Shown here: in pieces, positions 48,601-60,852 of the stretch
Numbering within the stretch: position 1 is the first letter of the stretch
Layout of the letters: the number at the start of each line of letters is the position of its first letter
Assembly (NCBI GenBank): GCA_002269645.1
Contig: NIVC01000361.1
Coordinates: forward strand, 1 to 64,000
Length of the DNA stretch: 64,000 nt
Source: Macrostomum lignano
Taxonomy: Eukaryota
Direction of reading: 5' to 3'
The notes under the pieces: generated by a model
The model's input: the letters and a program-made list of their open reading frames with translations, nothing else
The model's database searches: none
What the model was told of the DNA's origin: nothing
Position numbers and translations under genes: made by a program

Positions 48601-51600
48601 CTAATGCAAGCAAGTACGGTGTTTGAGCTGGACCTCAGCATTGCGCTGATGGCCATGATTCTCTAACAGGCTCTGGGGCCAGTTTGAGGAGGGCCTGTCT
48701 GTCTGACTGTCTCTCTTAGCTATATGCTCTAAAGTTATGAATTATGAATTATCCACCGTTGGGATTTCGTGCTTGGAAGCCGGGGCGACAGACTTGGACT
48801 GGCTGGCTAAGCTGGTTGCCTGGTAAATGAATGGGGATGAAAGAGAGAGATAGAGTGAGTGCGGACTGTGGCCTGGGCTCGTGTCCCAGTTCTAGACGTT
48901 TGAGACGAAAGCTCTCAGAGACTTGATGATGCAGAAGATGCTGTCGCCCAGCTTCCCGTGCGCTGTGCCTGTCGTGTAACTGAACAGTGCTGGGAAGGAG
49001 CTAACCGCGGCCAGCTCAGCTTAACTTTTGCAGTGCTGGTGCCAAACGCTGGGTTACTCGTACTAGCTTGAAGACTGGAAATTTGAAAAATACAATAAAA
49101 ACCCTTTAAAAAACATCGAAACAAAATGATGCTCTCCAGAAGAAAATGATTTCTGACAGTTCTGATGTCGTCTGATAATGAATAAATCTTCTTCTCCCGC
49201 TGCGGCAAGATTCTGATAATAGAATAATAAAAAATTCATTTTCTCATTAATTTGTCACGCCGCCTTTTTCCTCAGTTCTCGTCAATTTCCTATCATCTCT
49301 TATCAAGCTTTGAAGCTCTCCCCATTCTCTCCAGAAGATAATAGGATTCAAAAACCGCTTACCTGTGCATGAGAAACTTGTCAGTATGAAAACCTGAGCC
49401 TGCGCTATTTTTGGCAATATCACCCAGGTTCGTGACATCCCATTGAAGGGTCACCGGGATAGAGTCCCACAGAAAAGTCGCTGAGATAAAATCACACTGA
49501 AAGGTCACAGGAATAGAATCCCATTAAAGTGACAGGGATAGAATCCCACTGAAAGTGACAGGGATAGAATCCCATTAAAGTGACAGGGATAGAATCCCAC
49601 TGAAAAGTAAAGTGACAGGGATAGAATCCCACTGAAAAGTGACAGGGATAGAATCCCACTGAAAAGTGAAGTGACAGGGATAGAATCCCACTGAAAAGTA
49701 AAGTGACAGGGATAGAATCCCACTGAAAAGTGACAGGGATAGAATCCCACTGAAAAGTGAAGTGACAGGGATAGAATCCCACTGAAAAGTGACAGGGATA
49801 GAATCCCACTGAAAAGTGAAGTGACAGGGATAGAATCCCACTGAAAAGTGAAGTGACAGGGATAGAATCCCACTGAAAAGTGACAGGGATAGAATCCCAC
49901 TGAAAAGTGAAGTGACAGGGATAGAATCCCACTGAAAAGTGACAGGGATAGAATCCCATTGAAAAGTGAAGTGACAGGGATAGAATCCCACTGAAAAGTG
50001 AAGTGACAGGGATAGAATCCCACTGAAAAGTGACAGGATAGAATCCCACTGAAAAGTGAAGTGACAGGGATAGAATCCCACTGAAAAGTGACAGGGATAG
50101 AATCCCACTGAAAAGTGAAGTGACAGGGATAGAATCCCACTGAAAAGTGACAGGGATAGAATCCCATTGAAAAGTGAAGTGACAGGGATAGAATCCCACT
50201 GAAAAGTGAAGTGACAGGGATAGAATCCCACTGAAAGGTGAAGTGACAGGGATAGAATCCCACTGAAAAGTGACAGGGATAAAACCACACTGAAAAATCA
50301 CAGAGATAGAATCCCACTGAAAGGTCACTGGGATAAAATCCCACTGAAAATTCAAAGGAATAAAGCCACACCGAAAATTCGGATAAAATCCTGCTTAAAA
50401 GTCAAAGGGATTTAAACTAATCACTGACAATTCTGGGATAAAATCAAACTGAAAAGTCACAGGGATTTGAACTATTTGACGCAATGTCGAGCCCTCGAGT
50501 TTTTCTCCCCTAGTATAACCCTATCCCACATAACTCTTGCCGATTGCCTCTAATCTGGGCTAAGCTATCCTCTCGTTACATGCGCGCTGATGTGGGAGGA
50601 GGCTGCGACGGCGCCATCTATCTGAACATTTGGGTCCGCAGTTAGTACTCTCGTATTGTGCGCGGGCTATGCTGCATGGCATTAGTAGTGGGTCGTGTAT
50701 CTCCCCCCCCCAGCGTGCGTTCTAAATTATAGCTGCCTGCTGCCCCCCTATCTATCCGGTTCGTGAGGCGCCTGTCTGCCTGCTGTCTACCTGGGAGGGA
50801 TGGATGGGGGTCGCCATTGCCTCTCGCCATCTGGTTTGCCTGCTCTCCTCCTGCTGCTGCTGCTGCTAAATGCTTGATATGGATTTTTATGCGCTAAATT
50901 ACTGTGCCAGCTGCATTGATTAATGGCTCATTATTGATCTGCGATGGAATGCCGGCTGTTGGGTACTGTTCTGCTCATGCGGCTCCAGCTGACAGCATCA
51001 GTGCAGTAGATGGGTAATCAGCTGACAGCATCATTGCAGTAGATGAGTCACCAGCTGACAGCATCATTGCAGTAGATGAGTCACCAGCTGACAGCATCAG
51101 TGCAGTAGATGGGTAATCAGCTGACAGCATCATTGCAGTAGATGAGTCACCAGCTGACAGCATCATTGCAGTAGATGAGTCACCAGCTGACAGCATCAGT
51201 GCAGTAGATGGGTAATCAGCTGACAGCATCATTGCAGTAGATGAGTCACCAGCTGACAGCATCAGTGCAGTAGATGGGTAATCAGCTGACAGCATCATTG
51301 CAGTAGATGAGTCACCAGCTGACAGCATCATTGCAGTAGATGAGTCACCAGCTGACAGCATCAGTGCAGTAGATAGGTAATCAGCTGACAGCATCATTGC
51401 AGTAGATGAGTCACCAGCTGACAGCATCAGTGCAGTAGATGGGTAATCAGCTGACAGCATCAGTGCAGTAGATGGGTAATCAGCTGACAGCATCATTGCA
51501 GTAGATGAGTCACCAGCTGACAGCATCATTGCAGTAGATGAGTCACCAGCTGACAGCATCAGTGCAGTAGATGGGTAATCAGCTGACAGCATCATTGCAG

Positions 51601-54600
51601 TAGATGAGTCACCAGCTGACAGCATCAGTGCAGTAGATGGGTAATCAGCTGACAGCATCATTGCAGTAGATGAGTCACCAGCTGACAGCATCATTGCAGT
51701 AGATGAGTCACCAGCTGACAGCATCAGTGCAGTAGATGGGTAATCAGCTGACAGCATCATTGCAGTAGATGAGTCACCAGCTGACAGCATCAGTGCAGTA
51801 GATGGGTAATCAGCTGACAGCATCAGTGCAGTAGATGAGTCACCAGCTGACAGCATCATTGCAGTAGATGAGTCACCAGCTGACAGCATCAGTGCAGTAG
51901 ATGGGTAATCAGCTGACAGCATCATTGCAGTAGATGAGTCACCAGCTGACAGCATCAGTGCAGTAGATGGGTAATCAGCTGACAGCATCATTGCAGTAAA
52001 TGAGTCACCAGCTGACAGCATCAGTGCAGTAGATGGGTAATCAGCTGACAGCATCAGTGCAGTAGATGGGTAATCAGCTGACAGCATCATTGCAGTAGAT
52101 GAGTCACCAGCTGACAGCATCAGTGCAGTAGATGGGTAATCAGCTGACAGCATCATTGCAGTAGATGGGTAATCAGCTGACAGCATCAGTGCAGTAGATG
52201 AGTCACCAGCTCATCAGTAGTAGATGGGTAATCAGCTGACAGCATCAGTGCAGTAGATGAGTCACCAGCTGACAGCATCAGTACAGTAGATGAGTCACCA
52301 GCTGACAGCATCAGTACAGTAGATGAGTCACCAGCTGACAGCATCAGTGCAGTAGATGAGTCACCAGCTGACAGTATCAGTGCAGTAGATGAGTCACCAG
52401 CTGACAGTATCAGTACAGTAGATGAGTCACCAGCTGACAGCATCAGTGCAGTAGATGGGTAATCAGCTGACAGCATCAGTGCAGTAGATGGGTAATCAGC
52501 TGACAGCATCATTGCAGTAGATGAGTCACCAGCTGACAGCATCAGTGCAGTAGATGGGTAATCAGCTGACAGCATCATTGCAGTAGATGGGTAATCAGCT
52601 GACAGCATCAGTGCAGTAGATGAGTCACCAGCTCATCAGTAGTAGATGGGTAATCAGCTGACAGCATCAGTGCAGTAGATGAGTCACCAGCTGACAGCAT
52701 CAGTACAGTAGATGAGTCACCAGCTGACAGCATCAGTACAGTAGATGAGTCACCAGCTGACAGCATCAGTACAGTAGATGAGTCACCAGCTGACAGCATC
52801 AGTGCAGTAGATGAGTCACCAGCTGACAGTATCAGTGCAGTAGATGAGTCACCAGCTGACAGTATCAGTACAGTAGATGAGTCACCAGCTGACAGCATCA
52901 GTGCAGTAGATGAGTCACCAGCTGACAGCATCAGTACAGTAGATGAGTCACCAGCTGACAGCATCAGTACAGTAGATGAGCCACCAGCTGACAGCATCAG
53001 TGCAGTAGATGAGTCACCAGCTGACAGCATCAGTACAGTAGATGAGTCACCAGCTAACAGCATCAGTACAGTAGATGAGCCACCAGCTGACAGCAGCAGT
53101 GCAGTAGATGAGTCACCAGCTGACAGCATCAGTACAGTAGATGAGCCACCAGCTGACAGCAGCAGTGCAGTAGATGAGTCACCAGCTGACAGTATCAGTG
53201 CAGTAGATGAGTCACCAGCTGACAGCATCAGTGCAGTAGATGAGTCACCAGCTGACAGCATCAGTACAGTAGATGAGTCACCAGCTGACAGCATCAGTAC
53301 AGTAGATGAGTCACCAGCTGACAGCATCAGTGCAGTAGATGAGTCACCAGCTGACAGTATCAGTGCAGTAGATGAGTCACCAGCTGACAGCATCAGTGCA
53401 GTAGATGAGTCACCAGCTGACAGCATCAGTACAGTAGATGAGTCACCAGCTGACAGCATCAGTACAGTAGATGAGTCACCAGCTGACAGCATCAGTACAG
53501 TAGATGAGTCACCAGCTGACAGCATCAGTACAGTAGATGAGTCACCAGCTGACAGCATCAGTACAGTAGATGAGTCACCAGCTGACAGCATCAGTACAGT
53601 AGATGAGTCACCAGCTGACAGCATCAGTACAGTAGATGAGCCACCAGCTGACAGCATCAGTACAGTAGATGAGCCACCAGCTGACAGCAGCAGTGCAGTA
53701 GATGAGTCACCAGCTGACAGCATCAGTACAGTAGATGAGCCACCAGCTGACAGCAGCAGTGCAGTAGATGAGTCACCAGCTGACAGTATCAGTGCAGTAG
53801 ATGAGTCACCAGCTGACAGCATCAGTGCAGTAGATGAGTCACCAGCTGACAGCATCAGTACAGTAGATGAGTCACCAGCTGACAGCATCAGTACAGTAGA
53901 TGAGTCACCAGCTGACAGCATCAGTACAGTAGATGAGTCACCAGCTGACAGCATCAGTACAGTAGATGAGTCACCAGCTGACAGCATCAGTACAGTAGAT
54001 GAGTCACCAGCTGACAGCATCAGTACAGTAGATGAGTCACCAGCTGACAGCATCAGTACAGTAGATGAGTCACCAGCTGACAGCATCAGTACAGTAGATG
54101 AGTCACCAGCTGACAGCATCAGTACAGTAGATGAGTCACCAGCTGACAGCATCAGTACAGTAGATGAGTCACCAGCTGACAGCATCAGTGCAGTAGATGA
54201 GTCACCAGCTGACAGCATCAGTACAGTAGATGAGTCACCAGCTGACAGCATCAGTACAGTAGATGAGTCACCAGCTGACAGCATCAGTACAGTAGATGGG
54301 TCACCAGCTGACAGCATCAGTACAGTAGATGGGTCACCAACTGACAGCATCAGTACAGTAGATGAGTCACCAGCTGACAGCATCAGTACAGTAGATGAGT
54401 CACCAGCTGACAGCATCAGTGCAGTAGATGAGTCACCAGCTGACAGCATCAGTACAGTAGATGAGTCACCAGCTGACAGCATCAGTACAGTAGATGAGTC
54501 ACCAGCTGACAGCATCAGTACAGTAGATGGGTCACCAGCTGACAGCATCAGTACAGTAGATGGGTCACCAACTGACAGCATCAGTACAGTAGATGAGTCA

Positions 54601-57600
54601 CCAGCTGACAGCATCAGTACAGTAGATGGGTCACCAGCTGACAGCATCAGTACAGTAGATGGGTCACCAACTGACAGCATCAGTACAGTAGATGGGTAAT
54701 CAGCTGACAGCATCAGTGCAGTAGATGGGTCACCAACTGACAGCATCAGTACAGTAGATGGGTAATCAGCTGACAGCATCAGTGCAGTAGATGGGTCACC
54801 AACTGACAGCATCAGTGCAGTAGATGGGTCACCAACTGACAGCATCAGTACAGTAGATGGGTAATCAGCTGACAGCATCAGTGCAGTAGATGGGTAATCA
54901 GCTGACAGCATCAGTGCAGTAGATGAGTCACCAGCTGACAGCATCAGTACAGTAGATGGGTAATCAGCTGACAGCATCAGTGCAGTAGATGGGTAATCAG
55001 CTGACAGCATCAGTGCAGTAGATGAGTCACCAACTGACAGCAGCAGCAGATCTCAACCGAGTACCCAACCGCCTGCCCCCCAGAGCTGCATCGTTATCCA
55101 GGAGATCTACATCGACGGTCTCGTTGCTAAGGACGGCCGGCTTCGGCCCGGCGACCAGATTCTGGAGGTTAACGGCGAGGAGCTGACGCAGGCCACCCAC
55201 TGCCAGGCCAAGCGGGCGCTGTCCCAGCTGAATCCCATCTGCCGACTAGCCGTGTACCGGGAGCGCACCGAGGATCCTAATAGGCCTGAGGAGCAGCTCA
55301 AAGTGACGCTTAACAAGCGCGTGGGGAAAACGCTGGGGATTAAGCTGGTTGGCAAAAAGTGAGATTCCATTCTCTTATCATTTTTTATCTCCGTACGAGC
55401 GTAGTAACAGCCTAGCAACCAATTTGATTTGCCTTGAAACATATATTTACGTTGCCTAGCAACCGATTCAAGTTGATAAAATATAGTTCAACGTTGCCTA
55501 GCAACCGATTCAAGTTGCCTAATAGATATCTACTTTGCCTAGCTACCGATTCGAGTTGCCTAGAAATAGATATCTACTTTGCCTAGCTACCGATTCGAGT
55601 TGCCTAGAAATAGATATATACGTTGCCTAGCAACCGATTCAAGTTGATAAAAAAATAGTTCTACGTTGCCTAGCAACCGATTCAAGTTGCCTAGAAATAG
55701 ATATCTACGTTGCCTAGCAACCGATTCGAGTTGCCTAGAAATAGATATCTACTTTGCCTAGCAACCGATTCAAGTTGCCTAGAAATAGATATCTACGCTG
55801 CCTAGCAACCGATTCGAGTTGCCTAGAAATAGATATCTACGCTGCCTAGCAACCGATTCGAGTTGCCTAGAAATAGATATCTACGCTGCCTAGCAACCGA
55901 TTCGAGTTGCCTAGAAATAGATATCTACGCTGCCTAGCAACCGATTCGAGTTGCCTAGAAATAGATATCTACGCTGCCTAGCAACCTATTCGAGTTGCCT
56001 AGAAGTAGATACCTACTTTGTCTAGCAACCGATTCGAGTTACCTAGAAATAGATATCCTATGAAAAATTGGGCCGAATTTTCACCCTACTCTTCACCCGA
56101 AATCGTGAGCACTTTGCGGGTGTAAAAATTGCCGGGCTACTGGCCCGGAATCGTTACGAAAAGTTCGTTTTTCGGGCGATGCACTCGCATTTATACCCGA
56201 ATATTTACGGGCGATTCACCCAGAATTATTTGCTTGCAAATCCGGCCCGAACAGCTGGTCATATTTCCTGCTTTTGGTCTTAGTGATACTGTAGTGCACG
56301 ATATTATAGTACGTTTTTAGAGAGCATAAAATTTACGGTGACTGCCACTTTTCATACTGCAAATTGTAGTTTAAACTTGTATGTAGTTGAATAGGAAGAT
56401 TTTGCATGTAAATGACCCCCTCCAAGAGAGCTACATATCGAGAAGAAAATATGGCAATTCTGGAGGGATTCAATAAGAAATTTAGATAGAAATTTTTAAA
56501 CTTGGCCACATAATAAGAGAAAAGTGTGCGTGATAGTTTATTTAAATATTTAATGAATGCATTCAATACGTTCAGTAAGCAAAAGCATTAAAGCATAAAA
56601 GTAATAAAAGCAAAGGAGGGTTAAGAAAACAATAGAAACAAACAAACAAAGTTGTAAAGAAGATAACATGCGGGGGCTTGACGTAGAGAAATCTATTTAT
56701 AGGGGATTTGCAGCTAAGAAATAGCCAAATATACTAGCACGTTTGCGACTTAAAAGAAGTAGATCTAAGGCACGAGAGTGCAAGGAGAGGGGTGCGCACA
56801 GAATGCACATGTGAAATAGCTAATATAGGGAAAGTATTAGCGCGACCACGGAGAAAGGAGAGATATCAGTAACGGGGTCTGGTGCAAATCAAGGTGACTT
56901 CGCGATCCCTCTCTCCAAGTCGCAGCCACATTACGAAACAATGAAAAAAACAAAACAGTGTTGAACAAAAACAAATGCGATAGAAATTCGATTGAACATG
57001 TCAGCGGTGTCACCGGTCGTGAGCCAGGTGCTGGGTGGCGTAACAGCAGATTCTGGCAGCTGAGATGCTGCAGCACCAGTTAGGCTACTAGCTTGTCGAA
57101 CCAGCGCATCTGGAGTAGAAGGGGGCGCAGTTGCAGAAAAGCGTCAATAACGTTTTAAACAACACTACAATACAAAAAATGAAAACATCACCTGGTTTGG
57201 TCTTCGTCGCCTTTCTAGCGACGCTGGTCTTTCTCGGTAGTTGGCCCTCTCGGCATCGGGAGTAGGCACGCTGCAGCTCGGATTTTTCTATTTTACATTA
57301 CTTTAAAATAGACTGTTTGGGCTGGAGTATGTCGCCTAACACCAGTCCTGGGCTGGAGTATGTCGCCTAACACCAGTCCTGTGCTGGAGTATGTCGCCTA
57401 ACACCAGTCCTGTGCTGGAGTATGTCGCCTAACACCAGTCCTGGGCTAAAGTATGTCGCCTAACACCAGTCCTGTGCTGGAGTATGTCGCCTAACACCAG
57501 TCCTGGGCTAAAGTATGTCGCCTAACACCAGTCCTGGGCTGGAGTATGTTGCCTAACACCAGTCCTGGGCTGGAGTATGTCGCCTAACACCAGTCCTGGG

Positions 57601-60600
57601 CTGGAGTATGTCGCCTAACACCAGTCCTGTGCTGGAGTATGTCGCCTGACACCAGTCCTGGGCTGGAGTATGTCGCCTAACACCAGTCCTGGGCTGGAGT
57701 ATGTCGCCTAACACCAGTCCTGGGCTGGAGTATGTCGCCTAACACCAGTCCTGGGCTGGAGTATGTCGCCTAACACCAGTCCTGGGCTGGAGTATGTCGC
57801 CTAACACCAGTCCTGGGCTGGAGTATGTCGCCTAACACCAGTCCTGTAGTGCACGGCATAGTTCCGGCGACGATGCTTAGCAATCCCAAGGTCATCCGAC
57901 ATTAATGGCCAGAGAAAAACTTGGCTAAGGGGCTTGTATACATAGCATAAATGACTTAGGAGCATGGTATGATGATGATGCTAAAATTCTGTTCATTGAG
58001 CAATAAAATCTAAACCTAAATTAAAAGGCAACTAAATTGATTATTAATAATTTTCCTTAATTATAATGGTATAAGTACACTGCTTAGAATGTTAAATCTG
58101 ATGGTAAATGTTTATTCTACAAAACATATTCAGATTATAAGATCTAAAAAATTCATATAAGATCAAAAAGAAGGCTTTATGTATAAGATATAAAGGGCCT
58201 CTATCTCTGGGAATATGTTACATTTTAATAAATAAATAGGCTAATTGCTAGCAATCGACAACAGCTATTTTAATTTTTGCTAAAATCGGTCACACACACA
58301 CAGACAGACCACTTTTAGTATAATGGATTTTTTCGCTTATGCATAGTGCAGACTGATTGATTTCATTATAACAAATCAATATTATATTTATCATCCAAGA
58401 TTATTATTAAGCCTGTTGAGACTGGACTTAATTAAATTATAATTTACTATGTGGCTGCCAGTTCCTGAACCGGGGCAGGGGCAGGGGGTCAGGCCTTGCT
58501 GTTGACTCATTTAGTGAAATAACTCACATTGACTATTTTTGAAGTTAAATAAACTTTGTCTGTTAGATCATGATAAATTAATACAAAAGTAACAACACTT
58601 AGCAACATAGAACATGTGGTCACCTCGCCACCCGCCCACAGGACCTGTCCCGGCCTATTCATCCTGGGCCTGGTGGTTGGCGGCTTAGCCGAGATAGACG
58701 GCCGGCTCAGACGGGACGATCGAATCCTAGAAATTAATGATCAGGACATCCGCAACGGCACCCAGGCGGAGGCTGCCGCAATTATTCAGGTGTGCCAGGC
58801 TCACATATCGACTGAGAGTATCGATAGCCAGAGTGACAGTCACAGACTCATTGAGAGCATTGGCACCTAAAGAGTGACAGACTCATTGAGGGGATTGGCA
58901 CCCGACGAGTGACAGACTCATTGAGAGATTTGGAACCCGAAGAGTGACAGACTCATTGAGGGGATTGGCACCCGACGAGTGACAGACTCATTGAGAGATT
59001 TGGAACCCAAAGAGTGACAGACTCATAGAGAGTATTGGAACCCAAAGAGTGACAGACTCATAGAGAGTATTGGAACCCAAAGAGTGACAGACTCATAGAG
59101 AGTATTGGAACCCAAAGAGTGACAGACTCATTGAGAGATTTGGAACCCAAAGAGTGACAGACTCATAGAGAGTATTGGAAACCAAAGAGTGACAGACTCA
59201 TTGAGAGATTTGGAACCCAAAGAGTGACAGACTCATTGAGAGGTCTGGCACCCGAAGAGTGACAAACTCAAAGAAAGGACTGGCACCCAAAGAGTGACAG
59301 ACTCAATGAGAGATTTAGAACCCAAAGAGTGACAGACTCATTGAGAGGTCTGGCACCCGAAGAGTGACAGATTCATTGAGAGGTCTGGCACCCAAAGAGT
59401 GACAGACTCAAAGAAAGGACTGGCACCCAAAGAGTGACAGACTCAATGAGAGATTTAGAACCCAAAGAGTGACAGACTCATTGAGAGGTCTGGCACCCGA
59501 AGAGTGACAGATTCATTGAGAGGTCTGGCACCCAAAGAGTGACAGACTCTTGAAGATTTTTGTTACCCTTAAAGACAGACCGAACACGTTGGGACTCTTT
59601 AAGTCACTAATTTCTAAGAAATGAAATTCTCCCAATCCCCCCCCCAGGCTGCCGAGGACAAGGTGACCTTCCTGGTGTCGCGGCGGACGCGGCCGCAGAC
59701 CCCGGACCTCATCCAGGCGGCCTCAAGCGACAGCCTCTCGGATCTGTGCCGCGGCCAGCTGCCCCCGCCTGCTCTGGCCTCTGGCTATGCCGGCTTCGCC
59801 TCCTGCGCTCCCCCGCTGGGCCGCCGGTCGCTGCCCTACCTGACTGACTCCGGCGCCGGCCCCATGGATCCCATGGACGATGAGTCCGACTATCAGGGCC
59901 GGGTTGTGGTGATTGAGAAGCTGGCCGGCGAGTCCCTGGGCATGTCGGTGGCTGGCGGCATCGGCTCCCAGCGCGGCGACATCCCCGTCTACGTTACCAA
60001 CCTGCAGCCTGACGGCCTGGCCGCCAGGTCCAGGCAGGTGAGAAAAGGCGACGTACTGCTGGCTGTGAACGACATCCCGCTGCTGGGCCTCAGCCACGAG
60101 GAGGCCGTGCGACTGCTCAAAGCTCAAGAGGGACCCGTTGCTGTGCGCCTGCTGCCAGGTGAGTCTGGTGATCTCCCTGTTCTGTCAGGCAGCCTCCATG
60201 TTGTGTCAGGTGGCCTCATTGATCTGTAGGAAATCCCAGTACCCCCTGAAGAAAGCCTAGTACCCCTTGAAGAAATCCCAGTACCCCCTGAAGAAAGCCC
60301 AGTACCCCTTGAAGAAATCCCAGTACCCCTGAAGAAACCCCAGTACCCCTTGAAGAAATCCCAGTACCCCCTGAAGAAACCCCAGTACCCCTTGAAGAAA
60401 TCCCAGTACCCCCTGAAGAAACCCAGTACCCCCTGAAGAAACCCTGTACCCCCTGAAGAAAGCCGCTGCTCACCCCTCCAGGCTCCGAGTCCAGCTCAGG
60501 CGGCGGCAACTTCATGCCCAGCTGGGTTTACTGGCTCTCCCTGCCGCCTGTCTGCTACCTGGAGCGCAACGTGGACCTGGCCCGGGACCCCTGCACCGGC

Positions 60601-60852
60601 TCTCTCGGCTTCTCCATCGTTGGCGGCGCCGACAGCCTCGCCGGGCCGCAGCCCATCATCGTCAAGAGCGTCGTCTACGGCGGCCCGGCGCACGAGGACG
60701 GCCGGCTGCGCTGCGGCGACATGATCACCAGGGTGAACGGCGACTGCCGACTGGCCGGCTTCACCCACGGCCAAGCTGTGGCTCTGCTGAAATCTCTGCG
60801 CTGCGACACCGTGCTGCTGACTGTGGTCTCCTGGCCTGGCACCATTGTGTGA
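29909..60852 (+). CDS. LNX: LNX (Ligand of Numb X) family E3 ubiquitin ligase: RING, TRAF-type Zn fingers, 4 PDZ; join(30182..30184,34030..34419,34975..35135,45335..45427,47223..47386,48409..48521,55084..55358,58642..58789,59648..60158,60482..60852) = 742 aa (longer if all of 29909..30184 is coding)
   Basis: '[16 protein letters not shown]|[23 protein letters not shown]....CPIDK' (RING), '[15 protein letters not shown]', '[18 protein letters not shown]', four PDZ domains, LNX-typical C-terminus 'VSWPGTIV'. All nine introns are GT-AG with matching phases; the sum is 2229 nt, in frame. Confidence 0.93.
30330..32476. repeat. 37-bp satellite ATGGAATAGAATGGATTGCTAATCTATCCATTATGTC, about 55 copies
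   Basis: Exact period 37 (e.g. 30601 to 30638). Confidence 0.98.
33131..33944. repeat. 22-bp minisatellite CCCTGTTCCCCTCCCTTCAGTG(T/C), about 37 copies
   Basis: Direct copies. Confidence 0.98.
34030..34419 (+). CDS. LNX: LNX exon (Pro-rich region, pre-RING Zn motif)
   Basis: Acceptor TTCCCTCAG| at 34029; donor AAG|GTTAGC. Confidence 0.88.
34490..34847. repeat. 28-bp minisatellite AGGTCTGAACTTCAGGGAGTGAGAATTC, about 12 copies
   Basis: Direct copies. Confidence 0.95.
34975..35135 (+). CDS. LNX: LNX RING exon
   Basis: Acceptor ATTTCAG|; C3HC4 residues; donor AA|GTGAGT. Confidence 0.93.
35160..35330 (-). mobile_element. tRNA-derived SINE, family B (degenerate)
   Basis: B-box-like GGTTCGATTCG on minus strand; GGGTTGGCC and CCCCTGAGCA segments shared with 22830-22930. 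Confidence 0.5.
35330..37516. repeat. Pyrimidine-rich 42-45-bp satellite CACCCTTGTCTACTTCTCCGTCTCCTCTCTTCATACCGTCTATCT, about 50 copies
   Basis: Direct copies with length variants. Confidence 0.97.
39665..40565. repeat. 21/19-bp minisatellite CCAGAGTGACTCTCAATCCAT in two blocks
   Basis: Direct copies, interrupted at about 40010-40080. Confidence 0.96.
41236..41414 (+). other. Candidate alternative LNX exon inside the RING-to-TRAF intron (ATG at 41314, phase-2 donor)
   Basis: Acceptor TCCAG| at 41235; donor GG|GTGAGA at 41414; GC-rich Ala-coding frame. Confidence 0.55.
41449..41740. repeat. 33-bp minisatellite GTGTGCTGAACCCAGCTTGATAGCGGCTGTAAG, about 8 copies
   Basis: Direct copies starting about 35 nt after the 41414 donor. 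Confidence 0.95.
42462..42720. repeat. (TCTG)n microsatellite
   Basis: Long perfect then degenerate run. Confidence 0.97.
44085..44290 (-). mobile_element. tRNA-derived SINE, family A (Deu/Nin-domain-like core), best-preserved copy
   Basis: Head GGTTATAGCCTAGTGGTCAGAGCGTCGGACTCACAACTGAAAGGTCGGGGGTTCGATTCCCG; core GTGTCCTTGAGCAAGACACCTAAC...GTAAAATGGGTGCC. Confidence 0.8.
44790..45285. repeat. 56-bp minisatellite TTTCACACTGCAACAGGAGTCTCATAGGCTTGTGTGTGTGAGACTCTCAGCCTTGC, about 8 copies
   Basis: Direct copies; internal GAGTCTCA/TGAGACTC stem. Confidence 0.96.
45335..45427 (+). CDS. LNX: LNX exon (first TRAF-type Zn finger)
   Basis: Acceptor TGCGCAG|; donor CG|GTGAGT. Confidence 0.92.
45545..46925. 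repeat. 21-bp satellite TATCCTGAAGCTGATAATCTC, about 65 copies, with a 63-bp higher-order trimer in the right half
   Basis: Direct copies; minus-strand ORF shows ([21 protein letters not shown])n. Confidence 0.97.
47223..47386 (+). CDS. LNX: LNX exon (second Zn finger: [33 protein letters not shown])
   Basis: Acceptor CTTCACAG|; donor G|GTGAGC. Confidence 0.9.
47422..48356. repeat. ~22-bp minisatellite GTGAGTGAATGCTATCAATGA, about 42 copies
   Basis: Direct copies filling the intron. Confidence 0.95.
48409..48521 (+). CDS. LNX: LNX exon (start of PDZ1: [21 protein letters not shown])
   Basis: Acceptor TTCGCAG|; donor TTG|GTAAGG. Confidence 0.92.
49455..50400. repeat. 27/32-bp minisatellite GTGACAGGGATAGAATCCCACTGAAAA(GTGAA)
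   Basis: Direct copies, two alternating lengths. Confidence 0.96.
50985..55045. repeat. 33-bp satellite GCTGACAGCATCAGT(A/G)CAGTAGATGAGTCACCA, about 120 copies
   Basis: Direct copies; 11-aa periodic ORFs. Confidence 0.98.
55084..55358 (+). CDS. LNX: LNX exon (PDZ1 and start of PDZ2)
   Basis: '[29 protein letters not shown]'; acceptor CCCCCAG|; donor AA|GTGAGA. Confidence 0.93.
55445..56050. repeat. 44-bp minisatellite GCCTAGCAACCGATTCGAGTTGCCTAGAAATAGATATCTACGCT, about 13 copies
   Basis: Direct copies; the unit is a diverged GCCTAG dimer. Confidence 0.95.
57320..57846. repeat. 31-bp minisatellite GGGCTGGAGTATGTCGCCTAACACCAGTCCT, about 17 copies
   Basis: Direct copies. Confidence 0.97.
58642..58789 (+). 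CDS. LNX: LNX exon (PDZ2)
   Basis: '[30 protein letters not shown]'; acceptor CCCACAG|; donor CAG|GTGTGC. Confidence 0.92.
58830..59550. repeat. ~35-bp minisatellite CCCAAAGAGTGACAGACTCATTGAGAGATTTGGAA, about 20 copies
   Basis: Direct copies. Confidence 0.95.
59648..60158 (+). CDS. LNX: LNX exon (linker and PDZ3)
   Basis: '[27 protein letters not shown]'; donor G|GTGAGT. Confidence 0.93.
60232..60460. repeat. 21-22-bp minisatellite CCAGTACCCCCTGAAGAAA(T/C)C, about 10 copies
   Basis: Direct copies in the last LNX intron. Confidence 0.93.
60482..60852 (+). CDS. LNX: LNX last exon (PDZ4, SWPGTIV*)
   Basis: Acceptor CCCTCCAG|; '[10 protein letters not shown]...[23 protein letters not shown]'. 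Confidence 0.93.

Noticed and set aside
45484-55010. Repeat-protein ORFs ([39 protein letters not shown])
   Set aside because: Periodicity equals the DNA unit, they are open in several frames or on both strands, and they have no splice or start context
52650-55083. Plus-strand ([11 protein letters not shown])n frame reading in frame into the PDZ1 exon as a giant alternative exon
   Set aside because: In-frame TAA at 54961 and 54994 just upstream of the exon, and the normal acceptor at 55083 fits the phase
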